A DNA stretch of 63,858 nucleotides, the filler included, from Octopus bimaculoides (taxonomy: Eukaryota), in NCBI RefSeq assembly GCF_001194135.2. It is 6 parts of 6 records of this genome, joined end to end, with 100 filler letters (N's around TTAATTAATTAA, not from the genome) between each part and the next. Parts side by side here need not be neighbours in the genome. Positions count along the whole stretch, not along the records: positions 52,072 to 59,411 come from NC_068982.1; positions 59,512 to 62,402 come from NC_068994.1; positions 62,503 to 63,858 come from NC_068996.1; 3 more parts are not named here. The stretch is one strand, 5' to 3'. Below the pieces are notes generated by a model. The model saw only the letters and a list, made by a program, of their open reading frames with translations. It ran no database searches and was not told the DNA's origin. Shown here in pieces: positions 52,783 through 63,858 of the stretch. Numbering within the stretch: position 1 is the first letter of the stretch; the number at the start of each line of letters is the position of its first letter. The position numbers and the translations under genes were made by a program.

Positions 52783-52847
<65 letters not shown>

Positions 52848-52984
52848 TCGCTACCTGAAATCTAACTCGGAATCTTGGAGTTAGTAGCCCACGCTCTTAA
52901 CCACTACGCCCAAGGGCATATGACGTAGTGGTTATGAGCGCGGGATACTAAACCCAACATTCCGAGTTCGATTCCAAGCAGTGA

Positions 52985-53041
<57 letters not shown>

Positions 53042-53049
53042 CAACAACA
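52783..53049. mobile_element. Head-to-head inverted pair of SINE D (tRNA head + AAT tail)
   Basis: Minus copy head 52843-52910, plus copy head 52922-52989, ~11-nt spacer, tails pointing outward. Confidence 0.85.
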
Positions 53050-53096
53050 TCGAAAAATACCTTAGAAATGAGAACCCAGGTTCGAAATTTCCCCAA

Positions 53097-53142
53097 GACA
53101 CCTGATGAAGGCTGGAGGGTATATCAGCCGAAACGTTGTGTT
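53097..53142 (+). ncRNA. Minimal type I hammerhead ribozyme (same family as 45207)
   Basis: GACAC CUGAUGA A GGCUG-GAGGGUAUAU-CAGCC GAAAC GUU GUGUU. Confidence 0.75.
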
Positions 53143-53299
53143 AACAACAGACAAGATGAGGACAAATATCCGTCAAATGTAAATGATGTAAATAATGTAC
53201 ATAATATACGTTTCTTAGATAACCACTAAGTTTTATCGGTGTAACGCTGTTGGGTGGATCAATTTGCATATCAAACGCATGTATGTACATATTAATTAT

Positions 53300-53850
53300 T
53301 CTTTTATTCTTTTGTTTCTGTCATTTGACTGCGGCCATGCTGGAGCACCGCACTTTGTGAAAGAAATCGATACCAGGACTTATCCTTTGTAAGCCTAGTA
53401 CTTATTCTATCGGTGTCTATGGCCGAACCGCTAGCTTACGGAGACGTAAACACACCAACATCGGTCATCAAGCGACGGAGTGGGGGGGGGGACAAACACG
53501 CGCACACACATATACGACGGGTTTCTTTCAGTTTCCACCTATTAAATTCAACTAAAAAAATGGCTTTGGTCGGCCCGGGGCTATAGTAGAAGACATTTGC
53601 TTACGGTGTCACACAGTGAGACTGAATCCAGAACTATGTGATTGGGAAGCAAGCTTCTTACCACACAGCCACGTCTGCGCCTAATATATATGCCGGGCTT
53701 CTTCCAATTTCCATCTCCTATATCCTCTCACAAGGCTTTGCTCAGCCTGAGGCTATAGTAGAAGACACTTACCCATGGTGCCATACAGCGGAACTGAACC
53801 CAGAACCATGTAGTTGGGAAGCAAGCTTCTTACCACACAGCCACTCCTGC
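53300..53850 (-). mobile_element. SINE family A with tandemly duplicated head
   Basis: 3' part 53300-53510 plus two heads (53520-53680, 53690-53850). Confidence 0.85.
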
Positions 53851-54139
53851 ATTCCTGACAACTTGTACACACGGATTAATTACTGGTAAGAACACCGTAT
53901 TTCGTTTTGCAATCATAATATTGTACGAAATATACGAAGTATTCATAAGTCAATACTGTATCCTACTTTTCTATTTTCGATTCTGTTAACAGTGCTAGCT
54001 CTAAAGGAAACCTGTAGAGCTAACTTGAAAGATGGGAGAGAAAGGGGTAGAAAGGTATTCTCAAACCGGAGACTTGGTCCGAAAGCCAGGTGGTGGTGTT
54101 ACACCAGGCGGTCAGTTTTACAAGAACTTGTCGATTGTC

Positions 54140-54472
54140 TTGAACAGGAGCACTCCGTCGGTTACGACAACGAGGGTCCCAGCTGATACGATCAATAGAA
54201 CAGCCTGCTCGTGAAATTAACGTGCAAGTGGCTGAGCACTCCACAGACACGTGTACCCATAACGCAGTTCTCAGGGAGATTCAACGTAACACAGAGTACG
54301 ACAAGGCTGACTCTTTGAAATACAAGTACCATTCATTTTTTGCCAGTTGAATGTACTGGAGCAACGTGAAATAAAATGTCTTACTCGAGGATACAACGCA
54401 TCGCCGAGAATTGAACTCACGACCTTACAATCGTGAGTCGAATGCCCTAACCACTAAGCCACGCGCCTTCAT
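54140..54472 (-). mobile_element. SINE family C, long variant
   Basis: Homologous to 42800-43130. Confidence 0.85.
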
Positions 54473-54499
54473 ATGTCCTAAACAGATGCAGTTAGTAAC

Positions 54500-56450
54500 T
54501 TTATCCTTTTAATTTCTTCAAAAATATCAACTTCACTGAAAATTACTTTACCCAAATACATAAATGGAGATTTTTTCTGAGTTCACTGAGCAGCACACTG
54601 CAACAGGGTAAATGAGCATACACAGAACTGAACGTTTCTGTAGGGCAAAAGCGTAAATTTAGTTCCAAGCCTTAAGTGTTAGTTTATTGATAAAGCCCCT
54701 TAGAAATGTTTTGTTTTCAGAAAAGATCCCAATATCAGCCGCACATTGAAGAGCTGCTGCAATGCACTGACGTTGAATAGTGTGATTTGAGATGGCTCTG
54801 TCTTGTAAATCGCTTTTATGACATGGTTCATAACATGAGTGACATCATTAATGACAACGTAGATCCTTGCCAGACTGCATTCATTGATTTGTAGAACTCT
54901 AAACGATCCAATCCGCGCTTATGATCTTTGTACTTTATACAAATTTTGAAGCAGAGAAATCGTTTCAGTATTTTGAACACATCTTTCCTGCAGGCTGGTT
55001 CACAAGCTCTCTAAATTTCAAGATAGAAAAAAAAAGATTGATTAAACTCTTGTCAGCATCTGGGAGTTTTAAGTTAACTTTTGGAGCAATATAGCCTCTT
55101 TCTTGGTCGAAGCCGGCTTGATCAAATCAGAAGATTAATGGAATTTGTGAAGACAGTTCAAAACTATTTGTTCAAACCTTTTCGTGATTGAATTTATTAA
55201 TGAATTTCCAAAGTAGTTTTGAAATAAGTAACGGCAACTTTTCTTGTGCATAGGTACACAAAGGGCATCAGACCAGCTAAAATGTGTTTCCTATTCCTTC
55301 TAGACAGTGTGACACGTAATTCAGTTTGGCCCTCTAGTTAACGGTTAAAGTAGTTCTAAAGGAATTCCACCTGGATCACATGGTTTTACCATTGTGTTGT
55401 CTATTAGCATCATTGGCTGGTTCGATTTGAGTAAAAGCAGATTTGAACTGACGACTGGAAATCAGTTTTCCACAGATCAAGAAAATGAGAACGATTGAAA
55501 ATGAGTAGAAAGGTAATGGGATCCATAATTGATTGGAGCTGATGTTAAATCAGCGGGGAACCGACGAATAGTGCAGCTATGTTAAGATCACAGGTTGCAG
55601 CAGAGTGTTCAGTTGTCAAAATAATTATTGATCAATTTTCATTATCCATTGCAAGTGAAGCTTTTATTTAAATGGCTAATGTTTCTCTCAATTGATTTAG
55701 ATCTGTAAATAAGTCGTTAGGTGTCAAGCAATTGTGTGGTGTTTGGAGAGGTTCATTTACCAGGGAAAGGTTTTCTAACAGTCACAGACAGAGTCCTAAG
55801 CGAATTCTTGTGAGAAGGTACAGACAGGGACATAATGAATAAGCTTTTGAAATGTTTAAGCGAGCAGTTTCTTCATTTAGGCGAACTATGCCTGTAGGGT
55901 TTCCTTTTTGTACGTAACGCATTGCAGGAAACCATAGACGTATAGTAATGATAATGAGTGCAATGTCTGAGTAGATGAACTACAACAATAATGAAAGTAA
56001 TGTCTGAGGAAGTGGTTGTACTCCTTACAAGTGGTTGTTAAATGACGCTTTCTATCGACGTTGAAAAACAAACGAAGTCTGTTTGACTTTTTGATCCATC
56101 TGGTTGAATAAGTGTATACGTTTTCTGCTTGAAATTTTGGAATACTGAAGAATAGTCTGCAGTCTATACAAATGTTAAACAGACGTTATCCATTAACTGA
56201 TCTTTGTTGATCGCTCACGATCCATCCAAACGGTGCTGGTTTTTGGTTAAAATTCCAATATTTGTGTAAAATTACCGGAAGTAATTATCAAATATGAATG
56301 ACTAAAGAATGTCTTTCAAATCAGCATAGAAGGCAGGCATTGTATTTTCCTCAGTCATGTCTATAGGCTTATACACTAAGACAAGGAAAAGACTGGTGCC
56401 ATATCCTTTTTGATTGGCAGCTCTGACACGAATCGCATCACAGTGACATG
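54500..56450 (-). pseudogene. Heavily decayed RTE/RTEX-like LINE, APE endonuclease through RT
   Basis: Collinear relics: VYKP..PAFYADLKDIL, IITSGNF, IQPDGSKSQTDFV (endonuclease); KASLAMDN, DLTSAPINY, LQCAADIGIFSE (cf. DFADDIALLS), FMYLGKVI. Confidence 0.55.
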
Positions 56451-56574
56451 AAATGCGATGCCAGTTAAATAACGACTGGTATATTTTCGGGAAACCTAAA
56501 TTCTGACATCTGTCGAATCCTGGCGATTAATGTGTAGTTGGTATTTTCTATCATTAAGTTTCGTTGATTCAGTA

Positions 56575-56745
56575 GTCCTGGCTGTATGGTATGAAGTTTG
56601 CTTCCCAATCATATGGTTCCGGGTTCAGTCCTACTGCATGGTATCTTGGGCAAGCGTTTTCTACTATAGCTCCAAAGCCTTGCGACTGCGTTTGGTAGAC
56701 GGAAACTGAAAGAAGGCCGTCGTGTATGTGTATGTGTATATACTG

Positions 56746-56795
<50 letters not shown>

Positions 56796-57150
56796 GATGG
56801 ATTCTCTCGTCGTGAGCGACCAATGAGGGTTCAGTAAAATAAAGCAGTAATCATGTTCTATGGACACGAATGTGTCTCTCGAGGCCTGCTGGTGCCTTGT
56901 AAACCTTTTGGCAAATGGAACAAGTCGAGTATTCAATTATACGTGCATGTGCGAGCATGTTTGTCCCCCACCGCTGGACAACCGATGTTAGTGTGTTTAT
57001 GCCCCAACAACTTGACTTTTCGGCAAAAGAGACCGACAGAATAAGTACCACGCTTAAAAAAGTACAAAGAGGCGTCGATTTATTCGCTTAAAAATTTTTC
57101 AAGACGATGCCCCATTATTGCCGCAGTTAAATGACGGAAACAAGTAAAAG
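56575..57150 (+). mobile_element. SINE family A split by an unrelated insert
   Basis: Head 56575-56735 and 3' part 56940-57150. Confidence 0.7.
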
Positions 57151-57409
57151 ATTAAAGAAACGTGTTTTGAGTTTGGGTGTAGAAAAGTCAAGTTGTAGCT
57201 AGAGATGGTTGTGGTTCATTATTTGGTGGAAGTTGGATATAAAAAGAATTGATATGCGAAAAAGTATTTATCTGCGCTCTACAGGCGAACGTGGGCGCTT
57301 TATCAAAACAGTTAAGAGAAATTAAATAAGAGCTTAGTTAAAATACATTCAGATTCACTCCACCTGTTTGGGGTTCGAGTAAAGTTCGCCATCTTATAAG
57401 TTATTGGCA

Positions 57410-57720
57410 ATCCGTCGGTTACGATGACGAGTGTTTCAGTTGACATGATCAACGGAACAGCCTGCTAGTGAAATTAACAAGTGACTGAGCACTCCACAGA
57501 CGCACGTACTCTTAACGTAGTTCTCAAGGAGAGTCAGCGTTATACAGAATGTGATAGAATTGGTCTTCTGAATTAAAGGTACAATTTATTTATAGCAGCT
57601 GACTGGACTGGAGTAAAGTGAAATAAAAAATCTTGCTTAAAGATAACAGGCGCCACCGGTTATAGAACTCATGACCTCATGATTGTGAGTCGAATACTCT
57701 TACCATTAAGCCACCCGTGT
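57410..57720 (-). mobile_element. SINE family C, long variant, diverged
   Basis: ctgagcactccacagac..cttaacgtagttctc. Confidence 0.75.
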
Positions 57721-57779
57721 ACCCTCATAAAAGAACTGCAATACCTCTATAATAATCACATCACACGTAGAAGTTGAAT

Positions 57780-58330
57780 ATGTGTGGTTGTGTGGTAAGA
57801 AGCTTTCTTCCCATCCACATGGTTCCGAGTTCAGTCCCACTACGTGGCACCTTGGGCAAGTGTCTTCTACTATAGCCTCGGGCTGACCAAAGCCTTGTGA
57901 GTAGATTTGGTAGACGGAAACTGAAAGAAGCCCGTCGTATATATAGGAGTGGTAAGAAGCTTCCTTCCCAACTACATGGTTCTGGGTTCAGTCCCACTGT
58001 GTGGCACCTTGAACGAGTGTCCTCTACTATAGCCTCGGGTCGACGAAAGCATTGTGAGTGGATTTGGTAGACGGAAACTGAAAGAATCCCGTTGTATATA
58101 TCTGTGTGTGTGTGTGCGTGTGTGTATTTGTGCGTCTGTGTTTGTCCCCGCCACCATCACTTCACAACCGATGTCGGTGTGTTTACGTCCCCGTAACTTA
58201 GCAGTTCGGCATAAGAGACCGAAAGAATAAGTTAATAGGCTTACAAAGAATAAGCCCTGGAGTCGATTTGCTCGACTAAAGGCGGTGCTCCAGCACGGCC
58301 GCAGTCAAATGACTGAAACAAGTAAAAGAA
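57780..58330 (+). mobile_element. SINE family A with tandemly duplicated head
   Basis: Heads 57780-57943 and 57945-58095, then the 3' part. Confidence 0.85.
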
Positions 58331-58337
58331 TAAAAGA

Positions 58338-58378
<41 letters not shown>

Positions 58379-58659
58379 ATTCTGTATCGCTTTCGTATTC
58401 TACGTGTACGCCCTTTCCTCTTTTCGCTCCAGCGTCTGACTTTCTTTTGACAGCTGTATCTAAGAAAGAAAGAAACAAACAAACTGAGAAAAGAAAAAAC
58501 GCAATTTGAGCAGAGAAATGCGCCATTACCGACACAACAATGTAAAAGATGCCCCCGAGGGAAAAACAAAAACAAGAGATCAACAAAGGAGAAAATCATC
58601 CACAATGGAAAATAGAAATGAGAAAGCGGAAGAGAAAAACGAAAAGAATATTGGTATAG

Positions 58660-58791
58660 GCCGCAGTTGTAGCTGTGTGCTAAGAAGTATGGTTCCGGGT
58701 TCAGTCCCACTGCGTAGCACCTTGGGCAAAGCCTCGGACCGACCAAAGCCTTGTGAGTAGATTTGGTAGACGGAAACTGAAAGAGGCCCGT

Positions 58792-58800
<9 letters not shown>
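58660..58800 (+). mobile_element. SINE family A head
   Basis: gctgtgtgctaagaag..ggttccgggttcagtcccactgcg..gaaactgaaagaggcccgtcg. Confidence 0.75.
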
Positions 58801-58827
<27 letters not shown>

Positions 58828-58924
58828 TTAAAAAAAAACAAAAAAAACAATAACAAAAAACCAACAAAGTGAGGACGTGATACGGATAGTGTTATTGGAT
58901 GCTCGGGAAAGGAAGGAGAGAGAG

Positions 58925-58957
58925 TATGACGTTTCGGGCGGAGCCCTTCGTCGGAAA
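58925..58957 (-). ncRNA. Hammerhead-like motif, CCGACGA variant, weak stem I
   Basis: UUU CCGACGA A GGGC-UCC-GCCC GAAAC GUC AUA. Confidence 0.4.
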
Positions 58958-59511
58958 GACAGAAAGTTCGGAGAATGGAAAAACGGAGGAAGAGGAAAAT
59001 GGAACCGATGCCCACGAGGTTACATTGTGAAAGGAACGGAAGAGGAGGTGGGGGGGAAAGTTCTTTCTAAGACAGGAGAGTGAAAAACGGAGGTGAATAT
59101 CTGTGCGTGCACGAGAGTCTGCGAGTGTGTGTGTGATAACAGAACGTCTGTGTGCGTATATATGTGTTTGCGCGAGTGTGTGTGTGTGTGTGCATGGTTT
59201 GGTGGTTTATCTTTTAGTGTGTATGTATGTTTGCGTGTGTGTGTGTGTGTGTGACGTAGTGGAAGGAATTAGTAGCAGGAATAGTTAGTGGGTGCTTATG
59301 GACAATGGTGAGTGGAGGGTCAGCAGGCAGTTTTTGAGTATGTGTGTGTTTGTGTGGGGTTGTAGGTGTTGGGTACGTGTGCGTGTGTGTGTGTATTTTG
59401 TACGTGCGCGTNNNNNNNNNNNNNNNNNNNNNNNNNNNNNNNNNNNNNNNNNNNNTTAATTAATTAANNNNNNNNNNNNNNNNNNNNNNNNNNNNNNNNN
59501 NNNNNNNNNNN

Positions 59512-59760
59512 GCTAGCACCTGCCATATGAGCACCAACAATTTGACCTCTATGAAAGTTCAATAGATCTGTCATTTTGATGAATTGTTATTACCTTTTTC
59601 TGATGATAACTGAAAAGAAACAGCAATTTTAGCAAAAAATATGCTACTCTAAAAATAAATCAGAAAAACAAAAATAAACAATATTTTGATGGTTTTTATA
59701 GATATTTCAAACTTTGATGCTAGGCGTTTCCATTATTTTGTGCAACCTCTGTATATATAC
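59512..59760. mobile_element. Possible Tc1-like transposon terminus
   Basis: Ends ..ttccattattttgtgcaacctctg-TA, resembling Tc1 TIR ends; the partner end is not seen. Confidence 0.3.
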
Positions 59761-60418
59761 ACCATACATATAAGATAGAGTGAGAACACTTGGAGAAGAC
59801 ATACAGAAATCGATTGAACTAACGGGTAGGCTATTACATCCTTGTTAAAAACGTCATTCAAAAGAAACTAGGTCTCATCATCATCATCACTATTTGACGT
59901 CCGTTCTGTATGTTGTTATTCGCTGTGCGGTTCTTTGGCACGGTTTCTACAGCAGGATGCTCTTCTTAACATGAAAAACGTTACAGTGTGTACTGAGCGC
60001 TTTTGTCGTTGCTCCAGCACTAGTGATGTCACCAAGTTTTTCAAGGTAAGAACCTTCAATTAAATGGGGNNNNNNNNNNNNNNNNNNNNNNNNNNNNNNN
60101 NNNNNNNNNNNNNNNNNNNNNNNNNNNNNNNNNNNNNNNNNNNNNNNNNNNNNNNNNNNNNNNNNNNNNNNNNNNNNNNNNNNNNNNNNNNNNNNNNNNN
60201 NNNNNNNNNNNNNNNNNNNNNNNNNNNNNNNNNNNNNNNNNNNNNNNNNNNNNNNNNNNNNNNNNNNNNNNNNNNNNNNNNNNNNNNNNNNNNNNNNNNN
60301 NNNNNNNNNNNNNNNNNNNNNNNNNNNNNNNNNNNNNNNNNNNNNNNNNNNNNNNNNNNNNNNNNNNNNNNNNNCATATATGCATGTAAGCATGTATGTT
60401 TGCATGTGTCTGTATATG

Positions 60419-60462
<44 letters not shown>

Positions 60463-60686
60463 CATATTTATATACATCTGTAAACACTTCTCAATCTACA
60501 TAAGTAGTCACAAAATATCTTCTGCCGAATATTTACATACGTGCGTATGCGTATACTTGTGTGAGTACGTATGTGTTTGTATGTATGTATGTATGTATGT
60601 ATGTATGTTTGTATGTATGTTTGTATGTGTGTGTGTATGTGTTGTGTTACTGCAATATTCCCACTTCACTCTTAATCTGCCACAAA

Positions 60687-60734
<48 letters not shown>

Positions 60735-62226
60735 ATGAGAGAGAGAGAGCAAGCGAAAGAGAGAGAGAGAGGGAGAGACAGAGAAAAGATTTTACTATTG
60801 TTTCTGAAATTCGTTACGTCACAATATCCTGATACTAGAATTGTTTTAAGAGAACAATAATATATAACAACTAATATTTAAAAAAATGATTAAAATATTA
60901 TTTGGTTTGAAAATATTGTTATATAAAATTTTATTAAATGACTTCGAATCATATGGAAACGCAATTTTGTTTTTCATTTTAACCAAACCCTGGGTCCTCG
61001 GAATCCTAAACTAGGCGCGTGCTCAAATTCTTAGTCTCTAGATTTCACCATCATACGGCCATGAGTTCGATTCATATTCCGGGCGGTTTGTGATCCCCTT
61101 CCAAGTTAGTTCATCTGAGGTTGCCCCACTTCAATCAGCGGAAATGAAAACCAGCTCATGTATCAGTGCTTCTCTTCGGCTCTTATATTCTTGTTATTCC
61201 ACTGTGTCAAAGACGAAAGGGCTGAGAGAGTCTCCAGCATCTACTCAACACTAATTAATCACCCAAATTAGGGAAGCATGGAGTAATACTGACGCTTGAG
61301 TTACAGCTTTGACTTTGTGTACACACACAGATACACACGCCCCCCCCTCCCCCACAAACACACACACAAAAGAAAAAATCTTGCACGAATCACTTCTAGT
61401 CAAGATGGTCACGAGTTCAGTCCATTTGCGTGACACCTCTAGAATCTCCGACCATAGCTTCGGGGCGACCGAATCCTTGCGAGAGTATTTGGTAGATGGA
61501 AGCTGAAAGAAAACTGTAGTTGCACCCTCAGTTACTATCACCGACAACTGAAGTTNNNNNNNNNNNNNNNNNNNNNNNNNNNNNNNNNNNNNNNNNNNNN
61601 NNNNNNNNNNNNNNNNNNNNNNNNNNNNNNNNNNNNNNNNNNNNNNNNNNNNNNNAATTTATAAAAAAAAGACATTAAGTCTAGTTAGGCAGCTTAGTGC
61701 CTGTTGTAGATATACAGGTGATATTCTCGTTCCAAATTATAATTTTTTGAATGATTATTATTTGCAGATTACCATTGGGAGTTTGAGACTAACATGATTA
61801 GTAAGGATGCTAATGAGATTAATTATGTGGATTATTCGGTTGAGACGCGCTACAAAACTATATTTACTTATGTCTACAATAAGATTAGCAAGTTTAAGTG
61901 CCAAGTCGCAACAATACCATACGCTAATAGTTCAATGCAAAATAAACGAGGACATAGCGTGTTTGCAGCGCAAATAAGAGGACATCAAAAATATTTCAGA
62001 GTTTGATTTTATTTTGTAGTTATATCTCTTCTTCATGCTAATATCTGGCAGTGCCTTATATTTTTATATTTTTATATTGTTATATTTTATATTTTCATTT
62101 TTCATTTATTTATTTATTTATTTTATTCTTGCTGTACCCTTATTTTTATTTTTATTTTTATTTGTATTTTTATTTCTATTTCATTCTTGTTTTTATCTCT
62201 TACTGTATATTTGTATGGAATTTTTT

Positions 62227-62361
62227 GTGAATCTCTGAAGAGGCCTAGCGAATCGTGCATGTACCCCCATTTCAGCATTTCATCCGCTAATTACTCCGGC
62301 AGGAGCTATTCGGATAGAATGGGGCATGCCAACGCTAGACCGAAACAGCTGTAAGTTTATG
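62227..62361 (+). ncRNA. Type I hammerhead ribozyme with ~100-nt rod-like stem II
   Basis: CUGAAGA 62235-41; stem II GGCCUAGCG:CGCUAGACC enclosing GCAUG:CAUGC, CCCCAUU:AAUGGGG, AUCCG:CGGAU, CUCC:GGAG; GAAA 62342-45; ACAGCUGU palindrome; GUA site. Confidence 0.8.
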
Positions 62362-62924
62362 TTTATTCTCAAATTCCTTATGTACTTTTATTTGTAAACC
62401 CGNNNNNNNNNNNNNNNNNNNNNNNNNNNNNNNNNNNNNNNNNNNNTTAATTAATTAANNNNNNNNNNNNNNNNNNNNNNNNNNNNNNNNNNNNNNNNNN
62501 NNAGGTCATGACTTTCATAAAAATGAATATTTTTCTATGAAATTTTCTATGCAAATATTATTTATTATGTAGATTCCGAATATACAAAAATTTTCGGTGA
62601 AAGTATTTTGGGAGGGGGTGGGGGACAATTTTCGGAAATTCCACTTAAATTCCTCTTAACTTCCAGGAAAATGAATATTTTTTCGTGAAATTTTCTACAC
62701 ATATACCTTGATGTATGTACGTTTCAAGTATGTAGAAATTTTGAAGGAAACAACTGTAGGTTATTTTTGAGAAGTGTTCCCCACTCGGTGGTATTTCGGA
62801 GCAAGTCGTCCATATTTGTTTCATTTTCTCTATTATGTGCTTATGTGCATCCATAGATTTCTAATGAAGTAATTAATAGGCAGTGAAGAGAAGCCGTCAT
62901 AAGAAAACATTTAACTATCTCTAT

Positions 62925-63070
62925 TCCTTTCTCTCCCTCTTCCTCTCTCTTCCTCTTCCTCTCTCTCCCTCTTCCTCTCTCTTCCTCTTCCTCTCTCTAC
63001 CTCTTCCTCTCTCTACCTCTTCCTCTCTCTACCTCTTCCTCTCTCTACCTCTTCCTCTCTCGCTCTCTCA
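62925..63070. repeat. Polypyrimidine tract with a 16-bp unit (cctcttcctctctcta)
   Basis: Directly visible. Confidence 0.85.
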
Positions 63071-63155
63071 AACGCATACACGTGCAAGTACACAATCATT
63101 CAGTAAAATATAACTCATGTTCGTCAATGTTTTGTAAATATACCACGATTTTCAC

Positions 63156-63310
63156 TAGGGTGTTAGGGTTAGGGTTTTAGGGTCAGGGTTAGGTTTTATG
63201 GTTAGGGTTTAGGGTTACGGTTACGGTTAGGGTTAGGATTAGTGTTACGGTTAGGGTTTAGGGTTAGTGTTAGGGTTAGTGTTAGGATTAGGTATAGGAT
63301 TAAGGTTGGG
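63156..63310 (+). repeat. Degenerate interstitial (TTAGGG)n array
   Basis: ~25 units of ttaggg/ttacgg/ttagtg/ttagga. Confidence 0.85.
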
Positions 63311-63858
63311 TAATCGTGCGGGTGTTAATCTGAAAAATTACAGATATGTGAAAAGTACCGACCCTGCCATCTATTATAACTTTTGTTGTTCTGTTTAATA
63401 TATACATAGATTATTCCTCCAAAGAAGAGAGTTTGCTGGGGAAAGACAGCAATCAGTTTAAAATGACAGCAACAGACTGCAGCAATTCACCACATTCCAG
63501 AAGCTACTTTGAACATAATGCAAAATGGTGCATCGACATCTGCCCAATCTGATAGAATTCTGGCAAAACTGTGTAGCAACGAATCGCCAGCAATTGCTTC
63601 ATCAGAAATTGCCGTCCTAGCTCCTGCGAAAAGGGATTACCCTGCTATGTATAATCAGAGCAGCGCAAAAAGTTGTTTTGCACAAGCATTTCTATAGCCA
63701 ATTAGACGGATGAAATTTCCGTACGCTTAATAATGTTACGCAAAACAGCCTTCAGACTTTCCCTATTAATTTCATCGTCTTTTGAATTATGAACATATTT
63801 ACATCATAAGGGTTTTTTCGTTGTAAGACTTTCTTTTTTAGTTGATTTTCACCTAGCA

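Larger units (their letters stand above)
24002..63858 (+). other. Putative very large intron of the convertase gene (no downstream exon recognised)
   Basis: GTAAGG donor at 24002. No AG-flanked exon encoding the expected HYLF..H..RS.RS prodomain continuation was seen; it could lie in an N gap or beyond the window. Confidence 0.55.

Noticed and set aside
705-60487. Long ORFs spanning N gaps, or made of YI/CV/HT or poly-I/L/M/D runs
   Set aside because: Translations of microsatellites and unknown bases.
61740-62000. Possible LINE RT relic (LLFADY)
   Set aside because: Only one weak motif; not enough to call.

Overview
Eukaryotic, AT-rich, gap-ridden scaffold, most likely from an octopus or other coleoid cephalopod (inferred from the tRNA-derived SINE families and the extreme microsatellite load). 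Only one host coding exon is supportable: 23537-24001 (+), encoding a signal peptide, a long Ser/Thr-rich spacer, a polybasic cluster and the start of a subtilisin-like proprotein convertase prodomain (FTNEWAAQIPGG, closest to PC1/3). It ends at a GT donor, and I found no next exon in the remaining ~40 kb. The rest is mostly decayed mobile DNA: at least four tRNA-SINE families, fragments of RTE-, R4/Dong-, Hero- and CR1-like LINEs, Penelope-like (PLE) RT and GIY-YIG pieces, a TIR-bounded mariner remnant and a Helentron-type non-autonomous element. The unexpected signal is RNA-structural: eight well-formed and a few degenerate type I hammerhead ribozyme (HHR) motifs from at least six sequence families, all with self-complementary stem III. 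The most striking is a 338-bp fold-back element (28226-28563) whose ~150-bp inverted arms form stem I of a hammerhead located exactly at the hairpin apex. Other notable cases are an HHR with a ~100-nt rod-like stem II (62227-62361) and a tRNA-head/(AAT)n/HHR composite (52922-53200). All folds were worked out by eye and no activity is demonstrated. Most ORFs in the supplied track are microsatellite or N-gap artefacts. Repeat boundaries are approximate (tens of bp).
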